Source: Halobacteriales archaeon
GTDB lineage: Archaea; Halobacteriota; Halobacteria; Halobacteriales; SKSH01
Length of the DNA stretch: 64,000 bases
NCBI GenBank assembly: GCA_007118145.1
Contig: SKSD01000056.1
Span: forward strand, 19,851 to 83,850
Reading direction: 5' to 3'
Position numbers and translations under genes: made by a program. The notes under the pieces are model-generated. The model was not told the origin of the DNA. It worked only from the letters and a program-made list of their open reading frames with translations, and ran no database searches. How positions within the stretch are numbered: the stretch's first letter is position 1; each line of letters opens with the position of its first letter. This document shows positions 8,390-18,244 of this stretch, one piece after another.

Positions 8390-9844
8390 ATGACGGTCGG
8401 ATTCGAGGTGCGCCAGTCCGACGGTGCAGCACGCCTCGGTGACCTCCCGGTCCCTGGGTTCGACCAACCCATCGAGACACCCGCACTCTTGCCCGTGATC
8501 AATCCGAACATCACGATGCTCAGCGCGGCTGATATTGTCGATGAGTTTGATCCTGAGGTGTTGATCACGAACGCTTACGTGATCTACCAGAGTGACGAGC
8601 TCAAATCGAAGGCGCTCTCTGAAGGCGTCCACGGGTTGCTCGATGTCGACCTCCCGGTAATGACCGACTCGGGTTCGTTCCAACTTGCCGAGTATGGGTC
8701 GATATCGGTCGGTAACGATGAGATCGTCACGTTTCAGTCAGCCATCGGGTCGAACATCGTCACCCCGGTCGACCTGCCAACACCGCCTGATGCACCGCGA
8801 TCGGTCGCCAACGAGGAACTGTCGACGACGATATCGCGGATCGAGGCTGCACGCGAACACATCGATACCGACCGCCTCCTCTCCGGTCCGGTTCAAGGTG
8901 GGGGCTATCACGAGCTTCGCCACCGGGCGGGGATGCGTGCCAGGCAGACCGGTGCGGATATCTATCCGATCGGTGCGGTCGTCCCGCTGATGGAGGCGTA
9001 CCGCTTCGATACGCTGGTCGACGTGGTCGTTGCTGCCAAGCGCGGCCTCGGACCCGACGCACCGGTGCATCTCTTCGGAGCTGGGCATCCGATGATGTTC
9101 GCGCTCGCTGCAGCACTCGGTTGTGATCTGTTCGACTCGGCCGCCTATGCACTCTATGCACGTGATGGGCGGTATCTGACCCCCACCGGGACGTATCGCA
9201 TGGACGAGATCGATTTCCTGCCCTGTGCCTGTCCGATCTGTGCCCAACACGATGCAGTAACGCTAGCAGGGAACGAGCGGCTGCTCGCGAGGCATAACCT
9301 CCACGTGTCGTTCGCCGAGGTGCGACGGATCAAGCAGGCCATCCGACAGGGCTCACTCTTCGAGTTACTCGATATCCGCTCCAGATCGCATCCCGACCTA
9401 CTGGACGGCTACCGCCGTCTCCTCCAGCACGATACCTTCCTCGAGCGACACGACCGGGCAATCAAGTCCACCTTCATGTACGTCTCCGCTGAATCTGCCC
9501 ACCGACCCGAGGTGAACCGTCATCACTGGCGTCTGCGTGATTGGACCGTCGAGGGGGACGTCCTCCTGGCGAGCTCGGGCATCCACCTCGAGGATCGATA
9601 CGATGTCAGATGGGAGATACGCCCACCATTCGGGCCGGTCCCCCCCGGTCTCGACCATACCTATCCGCTGTCAGCCGAGATACCAGATCGCCTCGACACC
9701 GCTGCGTACGAACAGGCAGTCGAGGGTATCCGGGCACTCTCACACGGATCGACCGATGCACACCTCACGCTCGCACACGGTGACTGGCCAGCAACTGCAC
9801 TCGACAGACTGCCTGACGCCATCGAGACGGTTCGTGTTGAGTAG
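8390..9844 (+). CDS. tgtA: tRNA-guanine(15) transglycosylase (archaeosine TGT)
   Basis: 484 aa. TGT-family layout with the zinc motif LPCACPICAQH. It is immediately followed by arcS. Confidence 0.85.
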   Translation: MTVGFEVRQSDGAARLGDLPVPGFDQPIETPALLPVINPNITMLSAADIVDEFDPEVLITNAYVIYQSDELKSKALSEGVHGLLDVDLPVMTDSGSFQLAEYGSISVGNDEIVTFQSAIGSNIVTPVDLPTPPDAPRSVANEELSTTISRIEAAREHIDTDRLLSGPVQGGGYHELRHRAGMRARQTGADIYPIGAVVPLMEAYRFDTLVDVVVAAKRGLGPDAPVHLFGAGHPMMFALAAALGCDLFDSAAYALYARDGRYLTPTGTYRMDEIDFLPCACPICAQHDAVTLAGNERLLARHNLHVSFAEVRRIKQAIRQGSLFELLDIRSRSHPDLLDGYRRLLQHDTFLERHDRAIKSTFMYVSAESAHRPEVNRHHWRLRDWTVEGDVLLASSGIHLEDRYDVRWEIRPPFGPVPPGLDHTYPLSAEIPDRLDTAAYEQAVEGIRALSHGSTDAHLTLAHGDWPATALDRLPDAIETVRVE

Positions 9845-9885
9845 CAACCGGTATATTGACCGTTATCCGGTGGCAACCACGGCCA

Positions 9886-11646
9886 ATGACTGAGTTCTTC
9901 GAGGTCCTCGACCGTGATGGGGCAGCCCGGCTTGGTGAGCTCCGTTTGGACGAGCCATTGCAGACGCCGACGACGGTCGATGCAGTTCTCGAGGATGCTG
10001 GTTCACGCTGGGTGAATTCACGCGACGAACCCGAGGGGAGTTCAGCTACACTGACCATCCTCCCCCACCGGGGCATGCCGACAGGCACGCGAGGTGTTGT
10101 TCAGGAGGCGTTCGCCCCGTCGATACCTGACGTTACTTTCCCATCGGCTGCGGTCATCACGCCACATCTTGCTGACGACCTCGGCGCCGATGCCTACGTG
10201 TTGAGTGGCCTGACAGGTATCGATCGAGATCCCCGCCGTCTGGTCGAGGCGATCACCGAGACACGACGGGCGATCCCACCGGATACGGCATTGTACGCAC
10301 CTGGTATCGCCGAACCTGCATCCGTCGCGTTGCTCAGTTACCTCGGTATCGACCTGTTCGATACCGATCGTTCGGTCATCGCCGCCACACAGGGGCGCTA
10401 CCTCGTCTCGGAGGGTTCGATACCGGTCGAGGAGCTCGATGAGCTACCGTGTCCATGTGAGGTGTGTCGGCCGAGATCTGTGGCTGACCTCGATGTGGAC
10501 GCACTCACCCAGCACAACATCGCTCAGCTCGATGCCATGTTACGCCTCGTCCGCGAGCGTATCGGTGATGGTAGGCTCAGGGACTACCTCGAAGGTCAGG
10601 TGCGTCACCAACCCTGGTTGACCTCGGCGATGCGCCAGCTCGACCAGGAGTGGTCCTATCTCGAAGAACGCACCCCCGTCGCTCGCCAGTCAGCGATGAC
10701 GTTCACGACCGATGATGCACTTCATCGCGTCGAGGTGGTGCGTTTTGCCGATCGGCTCACCTCACGTTACCGTCCTCAGCTCGATGAGCACCCACTCGTA
10801 CTCGTCCCCTGTTCAGCGACGAAGCCATACAGTCAGTCACCGAGTCACCGTCACTTCCGAGAGGCGATCGATTTCCGCGGTCATATCGTCTCACTCACCA
10901 GCCCGTTCGGTGTCGTCCCCGACGAGCTGGAACTGGTCTATCCGGCACAGCACTATGACACGGCCGTGACTGGTCACTGGTCTGCGAGCGAGCAGGCGTT
11001 CGTCACTGATGTGCTCGAGGCATACCTCAGACGAGCGTCTTACCCACGGATCATCGCTCACGTGCCCGCAGAGGGGTACCGTAGCGTCATCCAGGAGGCT
11101 GTTGACCGGGTCGGTGGGTTCGACCTTACATTCACCGTGGTCGACCACCCGACCGATGATGACTCGCTGAGTCATCTGTCGAGTGCGCTCGAGGGTGAGT
11201 GGGCATATCGTCGGAACAGACGCTACCGTGCGATCGTGGCCGCCATAGCCGACATGCAGTTCGGACCGGGTATCGGTGCTGACCTGGTGAGCGGTGCCGA
11301 GATTGTCGGCCGTTACCCTCGGCTTCGACTCCGTGACAGAACGGATGAACAGCTGTTGACACTCGTCCCACAGTACGGTCAACTCGCGTTCACACTCGCG
11401 GGTGCACGCTGGCTGGCGGCGCATGACTCGGTCGACCATGTCGTAGCGATCGAGGGGTTCGTCCCACATGGGAGCGTCCTCGCACCGGGTGTCATCGATG
11501 CAGACCCAGCGATCCGTGTGGGTGATGAGGTACTCGTCGAGGGTCCTGCAGCGTTCGGTGTGGGCCGTGCCGCCATGTACGGAGACGAGATGGTGGAAAG
11601 TTCACGTGGCATCGCCGTCGATGTACGACACGTGCAAGAGCGATGA
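9886..11646 (+). CDS. arcS: archaeosine synthase alpha subunit ArcS (TgtA2-type, C-terminal PUA-like domain)
   Basis: TGT-like N-terminal half with LPCPCEVCR, plus a long C-terminal extension. I chose the ATG at 9886 (MTEFFEVLDRDGAARLG) over the upstream alternative start at 9856. Confidence 0.8.
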   Translation: MTEFFEVLDRDGAARLGELRLDEPLQTPTTVDAVLEDAGSRWVNSRDEPEGSSATLTILPHRGMPTGTRGVVQEAFAPSIPDVTFPSAAVITPHLADDLGADAYVLSGLTGIDRDPRRLVEAITETRRAIPPDTALYAPGIAEPASVALLSYLGIDLFDTDRSVIAATQGRYLVSEGSIPVEELDELPCPCEVCRPRSVADLDVDALTQHNIAQLDAMLRLVRERIGDGRLRDYLEGQVRHQPWLTSAMRQLDQEWSYLEERTPVARQSAMTFTTDDALHRVEVVRFADRLTSRYRPQLDEHPLVLVPCSATKPYSQSPSHRHFREAIDFRGHIVSLTSPFGVVPDELELVYPAQHYDTAVTGHWSASEQAFVTDVLEAYLRRASYPRIIAHVPAEGYRSVIQEAVDRVGGFDLTFTVVDHPTDDDSLSHLSSALEGEWAYRRNRRYRAIVAAIADMQFGPGIGADLVSGAEIVGRYPRLRLRDRTDEQLLTLVPQYGQLAFTLAGARWLAAHDSVDHVVAIEGFVPHGSVLAPGVIDADPAIRVGDEVLVEGPAAFGVGRAAMYGDEMVESSRGIAVDVRHVQER

Positions 11647-12284
11647 GTGAGATTGCCTACTGGTTCGACCTCGATGGCACGCTTGTCCACTATGACCGCC
11701 CGTTCCAGACGATGCTCGATGAGGCGTTCGGTACCGAACTCGATTCGGCCGTCTTCGAGACGTTCAGTCGGCGGGTCTTCATCGCGTTCGACGGGTTCGA
11801 GGAGGAGCCGTTCCGACGTGGGTTCGAGGCCATTGCAAAGGAACACGGTATCGAGTTAGACCCTGTAAGATTGGCAGAGACGATGCGCGGTGTCGAGATT
11901 CGGTCGACGAAGCTCGTCGAGGGGGCTGTCACGACGCTCGAGTCGTTCAACGAGCTCGGGAGGGTTGGCATCCTGACCAACGGTGATGGAGGGTTGCAAC
12001 GTGCCAAGCTCACCCGCCACGGTCTGGATGAACTCGTCGATGCGGTGGTCATCTCGAACGAGGTGCGCTCACGCAAACCTGACCCTGGCATATTCGAGGC
12101 AGCGACCGAGCGGCTACCGGCCGACACGCACGTCTTCGTCGGTGATAGTTTCGAGGAGGACGTACAGGGTGCGCTCGATGCCGGGTTCATCCCGGTACAC
12201 GTCCGCAATGATGATGGCCCACCTGTGAGCATCGATACTGTGGGAACACTCGGAGTGCTCCTTGGCGGTGTCGAAGGCCATTAA
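11643..12284 (+). CDS. HAD-superfamily hydrolase
   Basis: Motif I is WFDLDGTLV (DxDxT); the C-terminal motif is VGDSFEEDV. The start overlaps the arcS stop (ATGA). Confidence 0.8.
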   Translation: MSEIAYWFDLDGTLVHYDRPFQTMLDEAFGTELDSAVFETFSRRVFIAFDGFEEEPFRRGFEAIAKEHGIELDPVRLAETMRGVEIRSTKLVEGAVTTLESFNELGRVGILTNGDGGLQRAKLTRHGLDELVDAVVISNEVRSRKPDPGIFEAATERLPADTHVFVGDSFEEDVQGALDAGFIPVHVRNDDGPPVSIDTVGTLGVLLGGVEGH

Positions 12285-12308
12285 TCTGCTGACAACCAAG
12301 CACGTACG

Positions 12309-13385
12309 ATGAGTGAACCCTCACCGGAGGTGTACGAGCGTGGTCGGGGCATGGACGCGCATAACCTTGTCATGCGCGAGTTGCGTGGCGAGCGTGACGA
12401 GCAGTACGACCCCAGTGAGCCGACGCGGGTCTGGATTGACGAGGACAACACCCCCGGAGGGATCTATCAAAGCCTCACGATTATCCTCAACACGGGTGGG
12501 TGTCGATGGGCTCGTGCCGGTGGCTGTACGATGTGTGGGTATGTCGCAGAATCAGTCGAGGGTGGTCGTGTCTCTCACGAACACCTCATGGCACAGATCG
12601 AACACTGTCTCGAACACGAGCGCAGCCATGCCGACGAGGTCTCACCTCTGGTCAAGATCTATACCTCTGGGTCGTTCCTCGACGAGCGTGAGGTGGGGGC
12701 TGAGACACGCCAGGCGATCGCCGATACCTTCGCAGACCGTGAACGGCTCGTCGTCGAGTCGCTCCCAGATTTCGTCAAGCCCGCACGCCTCGACGATCTC
12801 GTCTTTGTCGGCCTCGAGGTCGACGTGGCCATCGGCCTCGAGACGGCGACCGACCGTATTCGTCGCGATTGTGTGAACAAGTACTTCAATTTCGCCGATT
12901 TCGAGGATGCCTGCGAGATAGCGAGTGAGCACGGCGCCGGTGTCAAGGCATACTTGTTGATGAAACCTCCGTTCATCACCGAGGCCGAGGCGATCGACGA
13001 TATGGTTCGATCGATCGAGCGCTGTGCCGAGGTATCGGGCTGTCACACGGTGTCGATGAACCCGTGTAACGTCCAGCGATACACGATGGTCGATGAGTTG
13101 CATTTCCGTGGGGGGTACCGGCCACCGTGGCTGTGGTCGGTCGCTGAGGTGCTCACACAGACCGCCGATATCGACGCCATCATCGTATCAGATCCAGTCG
13201 GTCACGGGAGTGACCGTGGTCCACACAACTGCGGAACGTGCGATACGGGCATCTATGAGGCCATAAAGGCCTTCAACCTCGACCAGGATTCCGCGGTGTT
13301 CGACCGAATCGAGTGTTCTTGTAGACACACGTGGGAGGTCGTGTGTGAGCGAGAGACGGGATACAACCAGCCATTGGTGCACTGA
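12309..13385 (+). CDS. archaeosine-biosynthesis radical SAM protein RaSEA (TIGR01210-like)
   Basis: 358 aa. Cys cluster GGCRWARAGGCTMCGY. The location beside tgtA/arcS supports the call. Confidence 0.75.
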   Translation: MSEPSPEVYERGRGMDAHNLVMRELRGERDEQYDPSEPTRVWIDEDNTPGGIYQSLTIILNTGGCRWARAGGCTMCGYVAESVEGGRVSHEHLMAQIEHCLEHERSHADEVSPLVKIYTSGSFLDEREVGAETRQAIADTFADRERLVVESLPDFVKPARLDDLVFVGLEVDVAIGLETATDRIRRDCVNKYFNFADFEDACEIASEHGAGVKAYLLMKPPFITEAEAIDDMVRSIERCAEVSGCHTVSMNPCNVQRYTMVDELHFRGGYRPPWLWSVAEVLTQTADIDAIIVSDPVGHGSDRGPHNCGTCDTGIYEAIKAFNLDQDSAVFDRIECSCRHTWEVVCERETGYNQPLVH

Positions 13386-13457
13386 GACCCCGATATTGCT
13401 CTTCGATTGTGATGTGTCGAATGAGTTAAAGATACAGCGTTCATATGGTAGTGTGAG

Positions 13458-14108
13458 ATGACTCGATTGGGCTCTTGGAAACTGGTGGATACGCTACCCG
13501 GTGAACACCTGGTCGAGGACACCATCCGACAGCTGTTCGATGGTGATGGGACGATCTATCTCGTGACCGGATTCTTCACCGGCAACGCCTATCGCTCACT
13601 GCGCGATGACATCGTCGGGTTCCTCGAGCGATCGCCTGACAACGAGTTGGTCATCCTGGCTAACCCATCTGCCGATCAGTTCTCGAAGACGGTCATCAAC
13701 GATCTTCGCAAGATCGAGCAGGGTGACCGACTCAAACTCCTCAAGTACCCACATGGGTTCCTCCATGCGAAGCTCTATGTCCGTGACGGGCCCGAGCCGA
13801 TGGCGATACTCGGCTCAGCAAACCTCACCCGAGGTGCCTTCGAGTACAACCTCGAACTCGGGATGGTCGTCGAGGGTGATGGCCCCGGGGACCCCACCAT
13901 CTCGCGTTTCGTTGAGTGGATCGAGAAGGTGATGAGCTACTCACGACCGATCGATCGCCGCGACCTCTTCTTCCTCAAACGTGTTGCGATGACGGTGACG
14001 AACTGGGTGAACAAGGGTCGACTGCTGCCGGCGAAGCATATCGCCACCAGGTTATCTCCGATCCTGCTCGTACTCCTCGGCGCGCTCGTCCTTTCCTGGA
14101 TCGTCTGA
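13458..14108 (+). CDS. phospholipase-D/nuclease-family (single HKD) protein with a C-terminal TM anchor
   Basis: HKD motif HAKLYVRDGPEPMAILGSANLTRGAF. Hydrophobic tail LSPILLVLLGALVLSWIV. Confidence 0.7.
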   Translation: MTRLGSWKLVDTLPGEHLVEDTIRQLFDGDGTIYLVTGFFTGNAYRSLRDDIVGFLERSPDNELVILANPSADQFSKTVINDLRKIEQGDRLKLLKYPHGFLHAKLYVRDGPEPMAILGSANLTRGAFEYNLELGMVVEGDGPGDPTISRFVEWIEKVMSYSRPIDRRDLFFLKRVAMTVTNWVNKGRLLPAKHIATRLSPILLVLLGALVLSWIV

Positions 14109-14116
14109 ATACGCTC

Positions 14117-14806
14117 TCAGACGGTCAGCGATTCTGCCACACCGGTGAGGATTCCCTGTCCGTCGGTGAGGCCGAGGTCGGGTAATGTCGCCCGCTCGGG
14201 ATGTGGCATCATCACGGCCACATGTGGGTGTCGCCCAAGTAGGCCGGCGATGTTGTCTCGAGAACCGTTCGGGTTCGCCTCGTCGGTCACCTCACCGTCG
14301 GCCGTGCAGTAGCGAAAGAGGATGCGATCGTCGGCAGTGAGACGGTTGAGTGTCTCATCGTCAGCCTCGAAGCGACCCTCGGCGTGAGCGATCGGTATCT
14401 CGAGTACATCACCAACCTCGAGGTTGGCAGTCCACGGTGAGTCGGTCGTCTCGACGCGGATATTGACATGCTCACACTGAAAGCGTGCACGCTCATTGAT
14501 GGTGAACGCACCGGGGGTGAGCCTCGCCTCACAGCAGACCTGCGCACCATTGCAGATGCCGAGGATAGGCGTGCCATCGTCCGATGCATGACGCACCTCA
14601 TCCATGATGGGTGAGTGAGCCGCCATGGCACCAGCGCGGAGATAATCTCCGTACGAGAAACCTCCGGGGAGGATGATACCACTGGTATCGTCGGGGAGGC
14701 CATCCTCGTGCCAGACGATCTCGCTGTCGAAGCCGAGGTGTTCGAGGGCGATGTAGGTATCGCGGTCACAATTGCTCCCACCGAAGCGGATGATGGCAAT
14801 CGTCAT
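14117..14806 (-). CDS. purQ: phosphoribosylformylglycinamidine synthase I (glutaminase subunit)
   Basis: 229 aa. MTIAIIRFGGSNCDRD, catalytic GICNGAQV, and C-terminal MPHPER. Confidence 0.9.
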   Translation of the reverse strand: MTIAIIRFGGSNCDRDTYIALEHLGFDSEIVWHEDGLPDDTSGIILPGGFSYGDYLRAGAMAAHSPIMDEVRHASDDGTPILGICNGAQVCCEARLTPGAFTINERARFQCEHVNIRVETTDSPWTANLEVGDVLEIPIAHAEGRFEADDETLNRLTADDRILFRYCTADGEVTDEANPNGSRDNIAGLLGRHPHVAVMMPHPERATLPDLGLTDGQGILTGVAESLTV

Positions 14807-15054
14807 CGTTCCTCGATCTCGACTGCATAGTCGTGGATCGTCGGGTTAGCGAGCAGGCGCTCTGCCATCTCATCGACGCGATCGGCAGCGTTCGAGGCGG
14901 AGTCTGCCTCGAGGTCGATCTCGAACCGGTCGGCACGTCGTAACTCGTCCACCTCGAACCCGAGGCGGCCGAGGGCACGCTCGGTCGTCTTCGCCTCTGG
15001 ATCGAGGACGCCAGCCTTCAGACGAACTGTCAACGTCGCCGTGTACTGCCCCAT
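14803..15054 (-). CDS. purS: phosphoribosylformylglycinamidine synthase subunit PurS
   Basis: 83 aa from the internal ATG at 15052-15054 (MGQYTATLTVRLKAGVLDPE...). 4-nt overlap with purQ. The longer 124-aa ORF has an implausible N-terminus. Confidence 0.85.
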   Translation of the reverse strand: MGQYTATLTVRLKAGVLDPEAKTTERALGRLGFEVDELRRADRFEIDLEADSASNAADRVDEMAERLLANPTIHDYAVEIEER

Positions 15055-15133
15055 GTATTGATGGCATGTGGCAGTGTGCTTAGCCCTTTTGACCCGGGTA
15101 CGATATGAGTCGAAACCGCAAGTCCACGGCCGA

Positions 15134-15955
15134 TCAGCTGCGTGCTTGCATGAGCTTGTCGTACCCCCTCGAGTCATGACTCGGCAGGACGATCACCTCC
15201 TCCTCTCGACGCCATCGGGCGATACGATCGAGGGTATCTCGCCCAGCCGCTAACCGTGTCGAGACACCGTCGACGCTGCCGGTATCGAGTTGAGTGAGTT
15301 GCATACAGGCATCGGCGGCGATGCATACGGTTGGACCATCACCCTCGACAGCGACCGAGCGATGATGTGCGGTGTGACCCGGAGTTGGTATGATCGACAC
15401 ACCATCAACGAGCTCGTACGAACGATCGAACGTCCCCACCGGGTCTCCGGTGAGCGAGACAGGTTCGGCACGCTCGGGGTCAGGCCTGAGTGACGGATGT
15501 TCTCCCCAGAAGCGGCCACGTAGCGACCCCGCGTAGTTGAACGCGTTCTCATCGATATAGATCGGGACGTTGGGAATGAGATCGATACCCTCAGCGTGAT
15601 CGGGATGGATGTGGGTGAGGAAGATCATATCGATGTCGTCTACCGTCATCCCGATCTCATCAATGCCGGTGACAATGCCCTCTGTCGCCCCCACCCGTGT
15701 ACGGTATGCGAGTGGATAGTAGAAGTGGTACGTTGGATACCGCCACTCAGCCGTGGGCTTCGGCCCCGTATCGACGAGAATCGTCCCAGCTGGGTGATCG
15801 ATCACCCAGACGTAGATGGGCAAGACGGACGTCCACGAGCGAGAGAGCATGGTGCGAAGATGTCGGAGGAGGATCGGCCCTCGGCCTGTCTGTTGTGCCT
15901 CCTTGATCCGAAAGCTCCCGGCGCGTATCGGGTGGACAGCGTCGATGGGCCGCAA
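15134..15955 (-). CDS. MBL-fold metallo-hydrolase
   Basis: HxHxDH motif THIHPDHAEG, plus a later PTPGHTAHH. Confidence 0.8.
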   Translation of the reverse strand: MRPIDAVHPIRAGSFRIKEAQQTGRGPILLRHLRTMLSRSWTSVLPIYVWVIDHPAGTILVDTGPKPTAEWRYPTYHFYYPLAYRTRVGATEGIVTGIDEIGMTVDDIDMIFLTHIHPDHAEGIDLIPNVPIYIDENAFNYAGSLRGRFWGEHPSLRPDPERAEPVSLTGDPVGTFDRSYELVDGVSIIPTPGHTAHHRSVAVEGDGPTVCIAADACMQLTQLDTGSVDGVSTRLAAGRDTLDRIARWRREEEVIVLPSHDSRGYDKLMQARS

Positions 15956-15959
15956 CGGG

Positions 15960-16997
15960 TCACCTCATCTCGAGACGTGTGGCGAGTCGCTCGATCACCG
16001 TGGTGAGTTCGTCAACCTCGAACAGGCCGAGAGCGGTGTATTGCTCTGCACCGGATGCGTACAGGTCAGCAACGATCTCGACCACATCGGAGGGAAGGGG
16101 GTTCGGATCAGCCGTACAGCGCCCCTTCCAGTCGACCTCGCCGGCCGCCTTCGCCGCAGTTTTGGCCGATTCGACCGCCTCGACCCAATCTGGGTCGAAC
16201 CTACGGTAGAACTGACGGACCACCTCTTTCGATACCTGCTGATTGTTGAAGGTGAAGCGGTTCTCGTCGAAGGTCCCGACAACATCCGCGACGAGGAGGT
16301 CACCCGCGTGATAGACTACCTCGATCTTGCCATCGTCGTGGTTGAATCCCGTCTCCTCGGCACGGTCGGTGATGACGCTGTTTACCGACCGTGCGAGAGT
16401 ATCGATCACATCAAGCTCGGCCAGTCCGGCTATTTCATCTGCCTCGTCCCTGTCGAGATACCGATCGGAACGCTCGAACTTCGTCGAGAACTCGATGATC
16501 GGCTCATCGAGCTCAACCGGTTCATCGGGCCACGTGTCGATGTCGAGGCCAACCTCGGTAGGCTCGCGTCGGCGTCTGAGACTCGAGCCGATCGGGACAC
16601 GGTTACGGAAGATCACCTCGAGAGGGACGACGTAGGTCGACCCTGCCGCCCCGTGAAAGGAATCGTAATCATAGCCGTCATCGGTCGGCGGTAACTCGGG
16701 CACGTTCGCCAGGTCGAACGACATGACCCTCGGCGGGTCATCACAGTCGACCAGGCCGACCGGGTCTACTTGATCACCTGGGAGCACTCCCCGATAGTGT
16801 GTCGCGATACCCTCTGCCTCGAGACGTTCGAAGTTGAACGCGCCCATGGTGCAAAGACTCTGTCCCTTGCCTGGGATGGTATCAGGCATCTGTCCCCAGT
16901 CGAACACGGAGTATGCATCCGTGAAGGTGAACCGGCCCACCCCGAGGGTCGCCTCTCCAGCCGGTTCGTCGACATCGATATCCTTGACGCTCGTCAT
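15960..16997 (-). CDS. purC: phosphoribosylaminoimidazole-succinocarboxamide (SAICAR) synthase
   Basis: 345 aa. GRFTFTDAYSVFDWG...GKGQSLC... fits the long archaeal PurC form. Confidence 0.85.
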   Translation of the reverse strand: MTSVKDIDVDEPAGEATLGVGRFTFTDAYSVFDWGQMPDTIPGKGQSLCTMGAFNFERLEAEGIATHYRGVLPGDQVDPVGLVDCDDPPRVMSFDLANVPELPPTDDGYDYDSFHGAAGSTYVVPLEVIFRNRVPIGSSLRRRREPTEVGLDIDTWPDEPVELDEPIIEFSTKFERSDRYLDRDEADEIAGLAELDVIDTLARSVNSVITDRAEETGFNHDDGKIEVVYHAGDLLVADVVGTFDENRFTFNNQQVSKEVVRQFYRRFDPDWVEAVESAKTAAKAAGEVDWKGRCTADPNPLPSDVVEIVADLYASGAEQYTALGLFEVDELTTVIERLATRLEMR

Positions 16998-17118
16998 CGT
17001 GTTTCACCTCGTCCGCCACCGTGTTCCATGCGGATGCGGCCGCCCGGGAGCACCAAAGCCGTTTTCCTCCAGTCCGCACTGCCTATCGACCCAGGTGATG
17101 AGGTGGCTTTCCCTCGGG

Positions 17119-17928
17119 TCACGCCTCGACAGGCGTGAACGGCTCGAACTCGTCGCTATCGTCCACGTCGATCTGGGGTTGTTGTGCCTCGACGAGATAT
17201 CTGAAGCTTACCGCCGTGATCCCGAAGAAGAACAGACCAATGAACGAGTTCAAGACGACGTTGACCGTCTGACCGATGAACGGATCGATCAGCTGTACCG
17301 TGAAGCCGATCGGAGAGATAACCATGGCCAGGACGAAGACCACCAGGTACAGGAAGAACACCTGCCATCGGTTACCCTTGGTGACTTCGGTCGACCGGCT
17401 CATCGCGCTGATGAACGACCGGTCCTCTATGGTGATACCCGTATAGTAGTAGATGAGCACGACGAAGATGAATATCCCTGGAATGATGAAAATGAGCAGA
17501 CCGACCAACCATGCGATGGCGAACAGGATACCGCCGATGATGAGGTTGAGCATGGCCGAGCCGAGATTGCGACTGACGAGATCGAACGAGAGTGGTTGGA
17601 TGGATGCTGGGTAGAACCATCTCAGGGCGGCGATACTTATCACAAGATAGCCCAGCCAGCTCAGCAACAACACCCCGACCGATGCGGCGAGGGGTATATC
17701 GAGCGCGTAGGGGAACATCTCATCGGGGTGGTCGAGGGTATCGGCGAGCTCGGGATCGTCCTCGATAGCCCGTTCCCAGATATCGAGATAGAAGTCGTAT
17801 AATGCAGAATCGAGCCCGATCAGGCCGAGGAGTGCGAAAATCAACGCGACACTGAGGAGCGTCATGCCCTGTCTGGTGAACAGCTTCTTCCCGGCCTCCT
17901 GTATCACATCAGACGTGTCGAATCCCAT
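17119..17928 (-). CDS. multi-TM membrane protein (DUF975-like) with an acidic C-terminal tail
   Basis: 269 aa with five or six hydrophobic helices. No recognisable catalytic motif. Confidence 0.6.
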   Translation of the reverse strand: MGFDTSDVIQEAGKKLFTRQGMTLLSVALIFALLGLIGLDSALYDFYLDIWERAIEDDPELADTLDHPDEMFPYALDIPLAASVGVLLLSWLGYLVISIAALRWFYPASIQPLSFDLVSRNLGSAMLNLIIGGILFAIAWLVGLLIFIIPGIFIFVVLIYYYTGITIEDRSFISAMSRSTEVTKGNRWQVFFLYLVVFVLAMVISPIGFTVQLIDPFIGQTVNVVLNSFIGLFFFGITAVSFRYLVEAQQPQIDVDDSDEFEPFTPVEA

Positions 17929-18244
17929 ATGTCTCGATGCAGGTCAGATATGCAAAAGCGTTCTGGATGGACCGATCCGACGGTATGGACCAATATTCCA
18001 TGAGTAGTACGAATGATATCGGTTGAACAGATGGTGCATAACCTTCCACAATTCCTCGTAGAAGATCGCGACCTCGATGTACGGGTCGTGTCTCGATGGC
18101 CGCCTTTGTCAAAGTGAGGACCGTACATGGTACGACTCCCCACAGGAGACTTCCCGCTGCATGACACGACGTATGGCAAGAGGTGTTCGACTCACAACAT
18201 AGAGCCAGCAGGCTTTTCGTCCCGGCTGTGAAATCCCTCAACCG

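Noticed and set aside
15816-17802. Plus-strand ORFs 15816..16694 (292 aa) and 16834..17802 (322 aa)
   Set aside because: They are antisense to purC and to the DUF975-like membrane gene. Their composition is Arg/Asp/Glu-rich and low-complexity.
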